The position numbers and the translations under genes are program-made. Below the pieces are notes generated by a model. It saw only the letters and a program-made list of their open reading frames with translations, made no database searches and was not told the DNA's origin. A stretch of DNA of 64,000 nt. Origin: Acidobacteriota bacterium (GTDB lineage Bacteria > Acidobacteriota > UBA6911 > RPQK01 > JADFOI01). Positions within the stretch are counted from its first letter, which is position 1, and every line of letters begins with the position of its first letter. Location of the stretch: the NCBI GenBank assembly GCA_963663035.1, contig OY760074.1, forward strand, positions 2,592,001 through 2,656,000, in the 5' to 3' direction. Shown piece after piece: positions 28,432 to 38,635 of this stretch.

Positions 28432-29115
28432 CTACCGCTCAGAGAGAATCTCATCCTCATCGAAGTAATCCACCTTGTGCACCGGCATGACGACGCTTGA
28501 CACCACGTTCAGAAGATGGCCTCCGATGCGCTTATAGTACCGGGTGGCGAGAACAAGGGCGGTGGTGGTCCCCGTATCGTATTTCGCCCCAGCGATTCGC
28601 TCGATCAGAGCATCACTCCCCTGGGCAATTTCGCGCCCCTCCCGAATCAACTGAAGAGCCCGCTCGGGTTTCAGGGTAGTGAAAACCTCCGATGCCGCCT
28701 GGAAGGCCTCCTCGATCCCCTGACGGATGGAAAGCAAGTTCTTGACGACCTCGTCATCGGGCAATCTCTCCGGGGAAAAGTCCACCAACTCCAAGATATT
28801 TTTAGCATAATCGCCTAAGCGCTCGACATCCTTGACCAGGCTCATCAAGAGAAGGCAATAGGGGACATCCGCGGTATTTCCCGGGACTGAAAGGTGTGCC
28901 ACGACTTGTTTGCGAATCCTTCGCTCGAGTTGATTGACCTGGATGTCCTGCTTTCGAATGCGCTTTCGCTCCTCCGGCACGGTGTTTCTTTCGAAAAAGC
29001 TGACACCGGCTGAGAGCGTCATCTCCTGGGCCAACTTGAGCATCCGGGCGAAGTCTTCGCCCATCTCAGTGAGCGGGTTCTGGGATCGAAAAATACTAAG
29101 CAATTCACGAAACAT
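28432..29115 (-). CDS. PhoU-domain protein
   Basis: DIQVNQLERRIRK, KDVERLGDYAKNI and RYYKRIGGH; AAGGAGGTG RBS before ATG 29115. Confidence 0.85.
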   Translation of the reverse strand: MFRELLSIFRSQNPLTEMGEDFARMLKLAQEMTLSAGVSFFERNTVPEERKRIRKQDIQVNQLERRIRKQVVAHLSVPGNTADVPYCLLLMSLVKDVERLGDYAKNILELVDFSPERLPDDEVVKNLLSIRQGIEEAFQAASEVFTTLKPERALQLIREGREIAQGSDALIERIAGAKYDTGTTTALVLATRYYKRIGGHLLNVVSSVVMPVHKVDYFDEDEILSER

Positions 29116-29129
29116 TTGCACCTCCTTTG

Positions 29130-30305
29130 CTACTCGAAGAATCTCTTCAAAACCACGAGTATCGCGGGGAGCCCGTAAAACAAACCTGCCACATAGAGGA
29201 GCGCCCACCTGCGGGACTCTACCGCCGTCCGGGCCAGTCTTCTGGCGGCGCGCAGGGGCAAGCGCCGGATAAAAGGCACCGGGTAGATCAACAGTATTCC
29301 AGAAAGGTTGAAAAGAACATGGACTAGTGCGATTTCCACACCAGCTTGGGCATTCGCTCCCGAAACGGCCAGGGTGGCCAACAGAGCTGTCACAGTGGTG
29401 CCGACATTGGCACCGATGGTTACAGGAAAGGCCTGCTCGAGAGTCAGCAAACCTGCACCTGCCAGGGGTACCAGAAGCGAGGTCGTAATGCTGCTGGATT
29501 GCACCATTACGGTCACCACCGTCCCTAACAGGATTGAGCGGAAAGCGTTTTGACCCAGAAAGCGGGAGATGAAGACCTCCATGCTCGATTGGGTCGCCGA
29601 TCGCATCAACTTCACCAGGAGCAGAAGCGCTCCGAAGATCAAGATGGCACTGACCAGAACAATCAGAATCCCTTGAGCTTGCTCGGCCTCCACAAGCGCA
29701 CCGGCAAAGCCTTTGACGGGCTCCAGGGCAGCTTTCAGTGCGTCCTTGAGGGGATTCTCGTAGGTGACGCCGCCGATCCCACCGAAAGTCGAGGCCAAAG
29801 CTGTGGCCGTGTGACGGAGGTAACCGGTCGCCATCTCCAGTGGCAGGAGCACGGCCACGGTTATGAAGTTGAAAAAGTCATGACAAGTGGCCACTGAAAA
29901 AGCCCGACAGAACTCCTCCCGGCGCCCCATGTGAGCCAGGGAAACCACCGTGTTGGTGACCGTTGTTCCGATGTTGGCGCCCATGATCATGGGCACGGCA
30001 TTGGCCAGAGGCAGCGGATTCTCCGGGGCCGCTACCAGGCCCACAATCATGGCCGTCGTTACCGACGAGCTTTGCATCAGCGTCGTCGCCAAAATGCCCA
30101 CCACCAAGGCCAGAAAGGGATTCTCGGTGGTGGCAAAGAAGGCATCGAGCAGATCCCGCCCCAGCAGTTTGAATCCGTCGCCAAGGCCCTGGACCCCCAG
30201 CAGAAAGAAGAAGAGCAAGATGAGCAGAGTCGCGGTCTTCCGCGCGGTAGAAACCACTCCAGGGAGAGTCGCTGCTTGCTTCCCCGGTGGCGAGATTGGT
30301 TCCAT
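29130..30305 (-). CDS. Na+/phosphate cotransporter (NptA/SLC34-like)
   Basis: Two QSSS and two GANIGTT/GANVGTT repeats. Confidence 0.92.
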   Translation of the reverse strand: MEPISPPGKQAATLPGVVSTARKTATLLILLFFFLLGVQGLGDGFKLLGRDLLDAFFATTENPFLALVVGILATTLMQSSSVTTAMIVGLVAAPENPLPLANAVPMIMGANIGTTVTNTVVSLAHMGRREEFCRAFSVATCHDFFNFITVAVLLPLEMATGYLRHTATALASTFGGIGGVTYENPLKDALKAALEPVKGFAGALVEAEQAQGILIVLVSAILIFGALLLLVKLMRSATQSSMEVFISRFLGQNAFRSILLGTVVTVMVQSSSITTSLLVPLAGAGLLTLEQAFPVTIGANVGTTVTALLATLAVSGANAQAGVEIALVHVLFNLSGILLIYPVPFIRRLPLRAARRLARTAVESRRWALLYVAGLFYGLPAILVVLKRFFE

Positions 30306-30335
30306 AGGACGACCCCGACCACTACCCTCAGAATT

Positions 30336-31772
30336 TCACTCTATCTCAAAAGTGATGAACCTGAGTGCCTCCCCGCGCTGCACCTGAACCACTACGGAAG
30401 CTCCGCTTTCCAGTTCAGCCACCCGGGCACGTAGACTTTCAAGGCTGCTGATTTCCGTGCCATTGATGCTGTAAATCACATCACCAGGCAAGAACCCCTC
30501 TTGCCAGTAGAGAAAGTTCCCCGAGCGGGCAGCAACCAGCACTCCTCCCAGTCTTCGTGGTGGAAAGAGTATCTTGGCGATCTGACCGTCAATATCGAGG
30601 CCCAGAATTCCCAATTCGGGTACCAGGCTCTCTTCTGGTGTCACCATGTCGGCAAAGAGACCGAAATCATCTTCTCGTTCGATGACGCGGACTCGAAAGG
30701 CAAGCTTCTGGAAATTCCGCAGCACATCCAAAGTGACCATGTCTCCAATTGCACGCTGGTAGAGATTCACGTCGAACTGGCGTCCGTTTTCCATGACTTT
30801 GCCATCCAGAGCCAGAATCAGGTCCCCCACTTTGAGTCCGGCCATGTCGCCCGGACCTCCCGGCAAGACGTCCCCCAGTATCACTCCCCACTCCTGAGGG
30901 AGATCCAATCCCTCGGCCAGAGTGGTGGTCACGGTCTGAGCGGAAACTCCAATCTGTCCGCGAGCCACACGACCCCTCTCGCGGAGCTGGGCGTAGACAC
31001 TCCTCACGATATTGCTGGGCACAGCAAAGCCAAGCCCCTCATTTCCCCCTGACTGGGAAAAGATAAAGGTATTGATCCCCACCGCCTCTCCATTGGCATT
31101 CACCAGGGGACCGCCACTGTTTCCAGGGTTGATGGGAGCGTCGGTCTGAATGTAAACCATGGGATCTTCCGGCTGGAACTGGCGTGCCACTGCACTCACC
31201 ACACCCAGTGTTACTGAATTCTCCAGACCGAAGGGACTTCCGAAAGCCAGCACCAGTTGTCCTTGCCTCAGTTCATCAGAATCTCCCAATTCTACAAAGG
31301 GGAGTTCTCGTTTAGCGATTTTTAACACAGCCAGGTCAGTCTCTCGGTCGATTCCGACAACTTCGGCTTCCACTATCTCCCCTCTGCCCTTGAGAATGGA
31401 TGATCCCTCAGGTATACCTCGCAGCGACATGGCCAGCAGAACCTGGACACGACTGGCACCTTCGACCACATGAGCATTGGTGACGATGTATCCCTCCCTG
31501 TCGAGGATGACACCGGAGCCACCACTGCTCTGCCTGCTCAGCAAACTGGACTCTGAGCTACCCACGCCTAAGCTATGGCCCGTGGCAAGAATCTGGACCA
31601 CGGCCGGGCTAATTTGCTTCGCGAGATCCTCAAATGAGTTGCTGAGCCGAACTAGCGCGGGTTCGCTCTCCGATGAGGATTGCGCCAAACTGCTGGTGGC
31701 ACAGAGAGACACAACCAGCAGACATCCGGCAAGACCTAGAACACCCAAGATACTACTCTTGTGATGCTCCAT
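30336..31772 (-). CDS. DegP/HtrA serine protease with PDZ domains
   Basis: TNAHVV, DLAVLKI and INPGNSGGPL; two PDZ-like segments. Confidence 0.93.
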   Translation of the reverse strand: MEHHKSSILGVLGLAGCLLVVSLCATSSLAQSSSESEPALVRLSNSFEDLAKQISPAVVQILATGHSLGVGSSESSLLSRQSSGGSGVILDREGYIVTNAHVVEGASRVQVLLAMSLRGIPEGSSILKGRGEIVEAEVVGIDRETDLAVLKIAKRELPFVELGDSDELRQGQLVLAFGSPFGLENSVTLGVVSAVARQFQPEDPMVYIQTDAPINPGNSGGPLVNANGEAVGINTFIFSQSGGNEGLGFAVPSNIVRSVYAQLRERGRVARGQIGVSAQTVTTTLAEGLDLPQEWGVILGDVLPGGPGDMAGLKVGDLILALDGKVMENGRQFDVNLYQRAIGDMVTLDVLRNFQKLAFRVRVIEREDDFGLFADMVTPEESLVPELGILGLDIDGQIAKILFPPRRLGGVLVAARSGNFLYWQEGFLPGDVIYSINGTEISSLESLRARVAELESGASVVVQVQRGEALRFITFEIE

Positions 31773-31864
31773 GCGCCCTTCCTCTTTGCAAGAAGAAAAT
31801 CTTTCCGGCTGTGGAGACAGGAATGGGATTCAGTGAAACGAAGAAACCGTTACCGGTCTTCCAG

Positions 31865-31993
31865 CCGGGTTTATGCATAAATTATCTACTGCAGTACCGC
31901 AATCATCCCCGCTGACTGCGTTGTGCGACCCGCACGCCTTGCCATCGCGACGCCTGCGGCACTTCGTCACGACAACCTATGCATAAATCTCGG
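31865..31993 (-). mobile_element. MITE copy E (129 bp), minimal backbone, opposite orientation
   Basis: TIR CCGGGTTTATGCATA / TATGCATAAATCTCGG; abuts the TAG stop of the STAS gene. Confidence 0.8.
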
Positions 31994-32332
31994 CTACGAA
32001 AAACTTCCAACGGCAGCCGTCTCATCATCAAAGCTATCGAATACAGTGAGCAACTTCGTGATGGCCAGCAGTTCCCTGATCTTCTTGGTCAAGTTCAGCA
32101 ATTTGAACTGTCCGCCCTGATTGGTGACCGTGGTATACGAACTGACCAGTTCACCAATTCCGGCACTATCGACATAAGAGACGTCGCCAAGATTCATGAG
32201 AATATTCTTGTTCTCATTCTTCAGGAGCTCACGGATGGTCTCACGGACTTCCCGACTCCCCTCCCCGATGGTCACCTTTCCGTGGAGATCAAGGACGGTA
32301 ACACCGTTCACACTTCGAGTATCAATTGTCAT
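31994..32332 (-). CDS. Anti-sigma factor antagonist (STAS)
   Basis: VSYVDSAGIGELV motif. Confidence 0.93.
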   Translation of the reverse strand: MTIDTRSVNGVTVLDLHGKVTIGEGSREVRETIRELLKNENKNILMNLGDVSYVDSAGIGELVSSYTTVTNQGGQFKLLNLTKKIRELLAITKLLTVFDSFDDETAAVGSFS

Positions 32333-32810
32333 TTTCTTCCTCTCCTTGCTTTTTATGATTCAATCTTTTCTCCATCCTCATTTGCAGCCCACCTCCGGGT
32401 AGAGGTTCAAAGCCCACCTCATCCATAAATGACCGCACAAAGAAAACTCCTCTCCCACCGGGCTTGAGCAGGTTTTTGGGGTCCAGAGGATCACGGACCT
32501 GCGACTCATCAAAGCCTTCTCCTTCATCTTGAACCAAGATCACCAGGCGATCGGGAAAGCTTTCAAATTGAATCCCAACCTTCTTGTTCTCATCCATCTT
32601 ATTACCATGTTGAATGGCATTGGATACAGACTCTCGGATGGATAAACAGATCCAATAGCGGGTATCTTCATCAAATCCCACCATTCGGCTGATCGAGTCA
32701 CAAACCTCTTGAACAAGATCAAGATAGCCGAACTGGCTTCCGAAGGAAAGGTGCAGATCTGCCTTTCCCAGACTGTGAACCTGATTATCCTTTCTGATTT
32801 CCTCGCCCAT
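32322..32810 (-). CDS. Anti-sigma factor/Ser kinase (RsbW-like HATPase)
   Basis: ESVSNAIQHG, DEGEGFD and GRGVFF. Confidence 0.9.
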   Translation of the reverse strand: MGEEIRKDNQVHSLGKADLHLSFGSQFGYLDLVQEVCDSISRMVGFDEDTRYWICLSIRESVSNAIQHGNKMDENKKVGIQFESFPDRLVILVQDEGEGFDESQVRDPLDPKNLLKPGGRGVFFVRSFMDEVGFEPLPGGGLQMRMEKRLNHKKQGEEENDN

Positions 32811-33014
32811 CAAAAGTGGTAAATCATAATCAGGATCTCCAATCTTTGTCAACCGCTCGGACTCAACTGTCAGCCGTCGTTGACATGGGTGAAAGAATGG
32901 GAGCTCTCCCGATTCGCCCAGATCCCACAAAGAAAAGCACTTGAGCAGATTATACCCTTCCCGGCCTCCACTGGAACGGAAATTGCTTTATGAGTAGTGG
33001 AAGGAGATTCATTA

Positions 33015-33479
33015 ATGACGCCCCGAATTCAAGCTCAACATTCCCACCTCGGTGATCGAAAAAGAACCAAGCGGACCAAGGCAAGATGGCTGCTCCTGAC
33101 ATCTTCCCTGCTTTTACTTCTGATGGGAATGCCTGTGACCGTCGTCGCTCGAGAAAAACCCTTCTTTGCGCCTGCCGAGTTTTCCCATCCGACAGAAGAA
33201 TTGCCTCTCCTTCTGCTAGCTCGCCGCTATGGCGTTACCGAGGCGGTGAATCTTTCTTTTCAAGCTCAAGCACAGGAACAAGCTCGCCGGGAGATGGCGC
33301 GACTCAAGGAAGCTCAACGACGGGACGAGGAACTTCGGAAGAAAGTGACAGAGCTGGCCCAAACCTCACTTCAACTCTATCAGAGGTTCTCAGACCCGTC
33401 GAAAGTCTATGCCGACACTCCCCAACTCGCCAAACGGTGTGAGGAGCTGGCCCAGGACATCAAAAAACTCCTGCGCTAG
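33015..33479 (+). CDS. Hypothetical exported/helical protein
   Basis: AAGGAG RBS, hydrophobic segment and coiled-coil-like C-terminus. Confidence 0.55.
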   Translation: MTPRIQAQHSHLGDRKRTKRTKARWLLLTSSLLLLLMGMPVTVVAREKPFFAPAEFSHPTEELPLLLLARRYGVTEAVNLSFQAQAQEQARREMARLKEAQRRDEELRKKVTELAQTSLQLYQRFSDPSKVYADTPQLAKRCEELAQDIKKLLR

Positions 33480-33568
33480 ACAGTCCCCCCCCTTCCGGCT
33501 TGTGTGTCGTCTCCCCTGCACAGTACAATCCCCTTGAAATAGTCCTGACCTAAACTGGCAGGACAAGA

Positions 33569-34708
33569 ATGCCCATGCAACCAGCTGTTGACCTGAATAG
33601 CGCCCAAGACCTGGAACAGATGTGTGCGGATGCCGCCAGGATTCGGGACCGCGCCAAGGGTCGGATCATCAGCTTCTCCCCAAAGGTCTTTATCCCCCTC
33701 ACCCAACTTTGCCGGGATGTCTGCACTTATTGCACCTTCCGAGAAGCTCCGCAGCAGGCCAAGAGAATTTACATGACTCCTGAGGAGGTGTTGGAAGTGG
33801 CCCGCGCGGGCCAACGGGCAGGCTGTCGAGAAGCTCTTTTTGTCCTGGGAGAAAGACCCGAGCAACGCTATCCGGAGGCGAGAAGCTGGCTGCGGACTGA
33901 AGGCTATGACAGCACCATCGAATACCTGGTCAAGATGTGCGAGCTGGTGCTCAAGGAGACAGATCTTTATCCTCACAGCAATCCCGGAACAATGACTCGA
34001 GGTGAGCTGGAGGCTCTCAAAGACAGCAACGTATCCATGGGCTTGATGCTGGAAAACACCAGTGCCCGGCTAGCTGGGCCCGGTGGTCCCCACCAGCACG
34101 CCCCCAGCAAACGTCCCGAGGTACGTCTGAGAACCCTTGAGCTTGCCGGAGAGCTGCAAATCCCTTTTACGACCGGTCTTCTGATCGGGATAGGGGAGAC
34201 GCCCGAAGAGCGAATCGAGACCTTGCTGGCCATCAAGGATCTACAGGATCGCTATGGCCACATCCAGGAAGTGATCCTTCAGAACTTTCGCGCCAAGCCC
34301 GCAACGAAGATGGAAAAGGCCTCTGAGCCCTCTCATCTGGAAATGCTGGAAACAGTTGCCCAGGCCCGAATCATTCTGGGTGCCCAGATGAATATCCAGG
34401 TGCCACCCAACCTCTCCTCGCAGTACCTGGATTATCTGGACGCCGGAATCAACGACTGGGGAGGAATCTCACCGGTCACCCGAGATTATGTCAACCCCGA
34501 AGCCTCCTGGCCCCATCTCATCCAGCTGAAACAGGAAATGCACACTCGCGGATATGAGCTGCGAGCCCGCTTTCCCGTCTACCCAGAGTACATTCTGCAG
34601 AGATCTCACTTTCTCCCCCCATCACTCCTGGAGCAACTTCGCCGCGAAGCCGATTCACAAGGTTACTTTGCAGGCAATGAGAGGCACGATCATGAGAGAA
34701 CGGCTTGA
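33569..34708 (+). CDS. cofG: FO synthase subunit 1
   Basis: FSPKVFIPLTQLCRDVCTYC, PFTTGLLIGIGE, IQVPPNL and GINDWGGISP. Confidence 0.93.
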   Translation: MPMQPAVDLNSAQDLEQMCADAARIRDRAKGRIISFSPKVFIPLTQLCRDVCTYCTFREAPQQAKRIYMTPEEVLEVARAGQRAGCREALFVLGERPEQRYPEARSWLRTEGYDSTIEYLVKMCELVLKETDLYPHSNPGTMTRGELEALKDSNVSMGLMLENTSARLAGPGGPHQHAPSKRPEVRLRTLELAGELQIPFTTGLLIGIGETPEERIETLLAIKDLQDRYGHIQEVILQNFRAKPATKMEKASEPSHLEMLETVAQARIILGAQMNIQVPPNLSSQYLDYLDAGINDWGGISPVTRDYVNPEASWPHLIQLKQEMHTRGYELRARFPVYPEYILQRSHFLPPSLLEQLRREADSQGYFAGNERHDHERTA

Positions 34709-35975
34709 GCGCTGCCTGAAAGTAGCCGGGAAGCAGGTTGCCGGCATTCTGGACCGATCGCTTCAAGATCAGGATCTGACCGAGGACCAGATCGTTGACC
34801 TGTTTGATTCCAGGGGTGAGGATTTCTGGGCCCTGCTGTCGGCTGCCGACCATCTGCGCCAGGAAACGGTTGGCGAGCAGGTCAGCTATGTGATTAATCG
34901 CAACATCAATTTCACCAACGTGTGCATCAAGCGCTGCAGCTTCTGTGCTTTCAGCCGAACCTATCGCAGTGAAGAGGGATATTTCCTTCCCCAGGAGGAA
35001 ATTCTTAGAAGGGCCCGCGAGGCCTATGAATATGGTGCTACTGAAGTGTGTATTCAAGCAGGTCTCCCTCCCGACATGGAAGGCGATCTCTACATCCGCC
35101 TGTGCCGCGCCATTAAAGAAGCCCTACCCGAGCTCCACATCCATGCCTTCTCCCCCGAGGAGATCCTCTACGGTAGCCAGCGCTCCGGCAGACCGATCCG
35201 CGAGTACCTGTCTGAGCTCAAGAGCGCCGGCCTCGGGAGTCTGCCTGGAACCTCTGCCGAGATACTGGACCAGTCGGTACGGGATCGGATCTCACCGGGA
35301 CGAATCACCACCAGCCAGTGGATAGAAGTGATTCAAACGGCTCATTCCCTGGAGATACCCACCACCTCAACCATCATGTACGGTCACCTGGAGACGAGTC
35401 GGGATTGCGCCCGCCATCTCCTGCTGCTCAGGAACTTACAGCGCCAGAGTCAAGGCTTCACGGAGTTTGTTCCACTGAGCCTGATTCATAGCGAAGCTCC
35501 CATGTACAGGGACGGGTTGATCAAAGGGGTGCGAGCAGGCGCCACCGGCAGGGAAGTTCTGAAAATGCATGCCGTGTCGCGCTTGGTTCTGAATCGGGAC
35601 ATACCCAACATCCAGGTTTCGTGGGTCAAAGAGGGATTGAAGTTGTCCCAGATCTGCCTGACGTCGGGTGCCAATGATCTGGGCGGGACGCTGATTAACG
35701 AAAGCATCTCCACCTCCGCCGGAGCCGCCCATGGACAACTGGTACGTCCCATCGATCTGCGCCGCTGCATCCGAGATGCCGGACGCATTCCAGTGGAGCG
35801 ATCAACCCTCTACCAGGAGCTGCACCGGTTTGAAACTGAAGAAGATGAGTTGCTGAACCCTCTGGACCGCCTCTCTGCCGAAGAAGCCAGCCGCTTCGGC
35901 TCCTACCATCAACTCACCAAGATGGATCGCTTCCGTTTTCTGGGCACCAAGAGGGTCCCAGAATTAGTTCCATGA
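34692..35975 (+). CDS. cofH: FO synthase subunit 2
   Basis: NRNINFTNVCIKRCSFC, PGTSAEIL, IQVSWVKEG and GANDLGGTLINESI; overlaps cofG. Confidence 0.92.
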   Translation: MRERLERCLKVAGKQVAGILDRSLQDQDLTEDQIVDLFDSRGEDFWALLSAADHLRQETVGEQVSYVINRNINFTNVCIKRCSFCAFSRTYRSEEGYFLPQEEILRRAREAYEYGATEVCIQAGLPPDMEGDLYIRLCRAIKEALPELHIHAFSPEEILYGSQRSGRPIREYLSELKSAGLGSLPGTSAEILDQSVRDRISPGRITTSQWIEVIQTAHSLEIPTTSTIMYGHLETSRDCARHLLLLRNLQRQSQGFTEFVPLSLIHSEAPMYRDGLIKGVRAGATGREVLKMHAVSRLVLNRDIPNIQVSWVKEGLKLSQICLTSGANDLGGTLINESISTSAGAAHGQLVRPIDLRRCIRDAGRIPVERSTLYQELHRFETEEDELLNPLDRLSAEEASRFGSYHQLTKMDRFRFLGTKRVPELVP

Positions 35976-35992
35976 CTCGGTTCCACTGAGTG

Positions 35993-36523
35993 ATGGCCAA
36001 CACGCTCACGATCCTTCGACTGCTCTTGCTGTTCCCCTTTGCCTTCCTCATGGCGCGAGGAGACGCCTTCTCTGCAGCCTTGGCTGGCATCCTTATTGTC
36101 GCCGCAATAGCAAGTGATCTCCTGGATGGGGCCATCGCCCGCCATCGGGGAACCGAGAGTGCAGCAGGCCGAGTCTCCGACCACACCACCGACTTTCTCT
36201 TCGTCACCAGTGGCCTGGTGGCGGGAGCCACGCGCGGTGTCTTTCCCTGGATCCTGCCGCTGGTGATCGCGGCAGCCTTTGCCCAGTACGTTATCGACTC
36301 CTACCTGCTTCACCAGCAGCGGGAACTCCGCATGAGCCGCCTCGGTCGATACAACGGAATCCTCTACTTTGTTCCTCTTTGCGGTGACATTTTGATTCGC
36401 ATGGGTCTCGGCTTCTTGCAGCCTCTCCTCGAGCCAGTGGTGTGGGTACTGGTTGCGAGCACGGTGCTTTCCATCGGTGAACGCCTGTTTATCCTGAGGA
36501 GCCGAAGCCGGGATAATTCATAG
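35993..36523 (+). CDS. CDP-alcohol phosphatidyltransferase family protein
   Basis: ANTLTILR and DLLDGAIAR..G..SDHTTD; the last codons and stop come from the MITE B terminus. Confidence 0.88.
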   Translation: MANTLTILRLLLLFPFAFLMARGDAFSAALAGILIVAAIASDLLDGAIARHRGTESAAGRVSDHTTDFLFVTSGLVAGATRGVFPWILPLVIAAAFAQYVIDSYLLHQQRELRMSRLGRYNGILYFVPLCGDILIRMGLGFLQPLLEPVVWVLVASTVLSIGERLFILRSRSRDNS

Positions 36524-36703
36524 GTTCTCGTTACGAAGCGGGGAAAACGCCGGAAAACAGAGCCGTGGGCTAAAGCCCACGGGCCCGCAGGCTAAAGCCT
36601 GCGGCTCCGACTGGCGCGCGAGGGGTACCCGCTTGCGGGTCGCGCAACGCCGTCAGGTTGGATGGTTTCGCAGCTGCAGTAGAGAATTTATGAATAGTCC
36701 CGG
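36508..36703 (+). mobile_element. MITE copy B (196 bp)
   Basis: TIR CCGGGATAATTCATA / TATGAATAGTCCCGG; carries a REP pair; supplies stop codons to both convergent neighbours. Confidence 0.82.
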
Positions 36704-37680
36704 CTACCGAAGAGCTCTCGATTGGCCCGCCGGAGAAACAGAAGACCGATCGCCGCGTTAAAGAAGATAAAAAAATTGTGCTGGACGAAACCGAAGCTGG
36801 TCATCTCACCTGGCCTTTCCGGGAAGAGCAGCACCCAGAGAAGGATTGCCACCGAGCGCATGGGCCCCGGCGTGGCCGCGCCGAAGAAGATCACGGGCAG
36901 ATAGCCCAGCATGTCGACGAAGTTGGCTGATATACCGAACAGTCTCAGGGCCAGCGTATAGACCACCACAGCCCCCAACAGGGTGGGCGAGCGGAGCACC
37001 ATAACGGCGCCGTAGTGCCAGAGCTTGGCCATCCGGAAGGAGTGAAAAATGGGTCTCTGGCGCAAGGCCATCTCCGAGCCGATTCTCCCGCTGAAGAAAA
37101 GATGGAAGAGGGCAAAGAATGCAGCGGCTCCCAGCGCAATCCAGGGGATCATGTGAAAGATCTCTGGGAAGTGATCCCACCGGAGTACCACCCCGATGGT
37201 GGCCCAGGTGAGCAGATAGTAAAACTCGCAGAGCATGATGAAGAGCATGCTGGAGCCGACTTCCCAACCCGGTACGCCGTCTCGGCGGTTGAGGTAGAGC
37301 GCCATGGCGCCCTTGCCGACCTGCTCGTTGAAGATGGACAGAATGTAGGCACTGGCACGGATGGGAAGGATGTCTCTATAACCGACCCGGGCATTGAACC
37401 AGTTGATCACACACCACAAGACCAGGCTGTCGATGACGAAAAAAAGCAGAGAATAGGGGACCATCAACCCCAGCCAGCGCCACCAGCTCACGCTCCCGAA
37501 GATCCCCGCAAGATAGGAGAGCAGCCCGCTTCCCTGCTCCGCCGCTGCGCGCTCGAGAAGAGTGTAGAGATAGAAAAAGCAAGCAGCCGTGATCAGCCAG
37601 GGAAGGAGTCGCTGCCAGAGTGGGAGCTTTCCCACCGGGACGGAAACAGGGTCGCTCTGGGACTCTCCAGGGACCCTCAT
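36688..37680 (-). CDS. Polytopic membrane protein, lysylphosphatidylglycerol-synthase TM/flippase-like
   Basis: Multiple TM helices and family-like layout; ATGA-coupled to the upstream oxidoreductase. Confidence 0.6.
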   Translation of the reverse strand: MRVPGESQSDPVSVPVGKLPLWQRLLPWLITAACFFYLYTLLERAAAEQGSGLLSYLAGIFGSVSWWRWLGLMVPYSLLFFVIDSLVLWCVINWFNARVGYRDILPIRASAYILSIFNEQVGKGAMALYLNRRDGVPGWEVGSSMLFIMLCEFYYLLTWATIGVVLRWDHFPEIFHMIPWIALGAAAFFALFHLFFSGRIGSEMALRQRPIFHSFRMAKLWHYGAVMVLRSPTLLGAVVVYTLALRLFGISANFVDMLGYLPVIFFGAATPGPMRSVAILLWVLLFPERPGEMTSFGFVQHNFFIFFNAAIGLLFLRRANRELFGSRDYS

Positions 37681-38591
37681 TTTTCCTCTCCTTTCTCCAG
37701 GCTGTGTTTGATCATCTCATCTAGTCCTGTGAGCCGGATTCCCAGTTCACCAGCGGCAGGCGCCGGGTCCAGCTTGGTGTCCATCGTGATCACTTCCAAG
37801 GCATCCAGCGAAAATCCAGCCTTCCCGATTCGCTGTCCAAGGGCCAGTGCAAGCCGGACCAGCCCTTTTGGAATCGACGAGATCCGGATCTCGCGACCTG
37901 CCAGGGAAGCAGCGCGCTCGACCATTTCACGATCCGGCAGTGAGACCGGGCCCACCAGATTCAGCGTGCAGTCTTTAGCTACTTGGGGCTGGGAGGCGAG
38001 TGTGGCAGCACGCGCCAGGTCTTCCACCTCCAATGGCTGGTGCAGATTCCGACCTCCTGCGATGAGCCTTGCTCTGGACCGGCTCAGGTAGCGCCGCAGG
38101 GCCGCCGCCCCCTGAGTTCCGCGCCCCAGCAGCAGCGGCGCTCTCAGCACCGTATAGGAAAGCGCGGAGGCGCGGACCAGCGCTTCGGCTTCTCCCTTGG
38201 TCTTGAAGTAGCGGTTGGCCGAGGCTTCATCGGCTCCCACTGCGCTCACCAACACCAGCTTCTCCACTGTGGCATGCCTGGCCGCTTCCACCACGGCGCG
38301 CGTCGTCACCACGTTGGCCCTCTCGTAGGTGGAGCCGGGTCGTTCCACCAGGACTCCAGGCAGATGCAAAACCGCCGAAGCTCCCTTGAAGGTCGCCCGC
38401 AGGCTCTCGGGGTCATCATAGGAGATTCGGGCTACCCGGCTCCCATTGCCCGGAAGCGGCGGCAGCTGCCTGGCTGCTTGCTCGGACCTGACAGCGGCTA
38501 CAAAGACCATGGGTAGGCCCGCCTCCTCAGCTCCCTGCCGCAGGATCGCCTGCCCGACTGCGCTATTTGCACCGGTAATCACAACCATCAT
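37677..38591 (-). CDS. NAD(P)-binding SDR/epimerase-like protein
   Basis: VITGANSAVG Rossmann fold and YFKTK. Confidence 0.85.
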   Translation of the reverse strand: MMVVITGANSAVGQAILRQGAEEAGLPMVFVAAVRSEQAARQLPPLPGNGSRVARISYDDPESLRATFKGASAVLHLPGVLVERPGSTYERANVVTTRAVVEAARHATVEKLVLVSAVGADEASANRYFKTKGEAEALVRASALSYTVLRAPLLLGRGTQGAAALRRYLSRSRARLIAGGRNLHQPLEVEDLARAATLASQPQVAKDCTLNLVGPVSLPDREMVERAASLAGREIRISSIPKGLVRLALALGQRIGKAGFSLDALEVITMDTKLDPAPAAGELGIRLTGLDEMIKHSLEKGEEK

Positions 38592-38635
38592 GGCCTGGCC
38601 GGAAACGAGAATAACAGAATTTGGTTATGCACTTT

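Noticed and set aside
37015-38091. Long antisense ORFs (358 aa here; also 3467-4387, 19331-20092, 10676-11314)
   Set aside because: Shadow frames opposite well-supported genes in GC-rich DNA, with no motifs.
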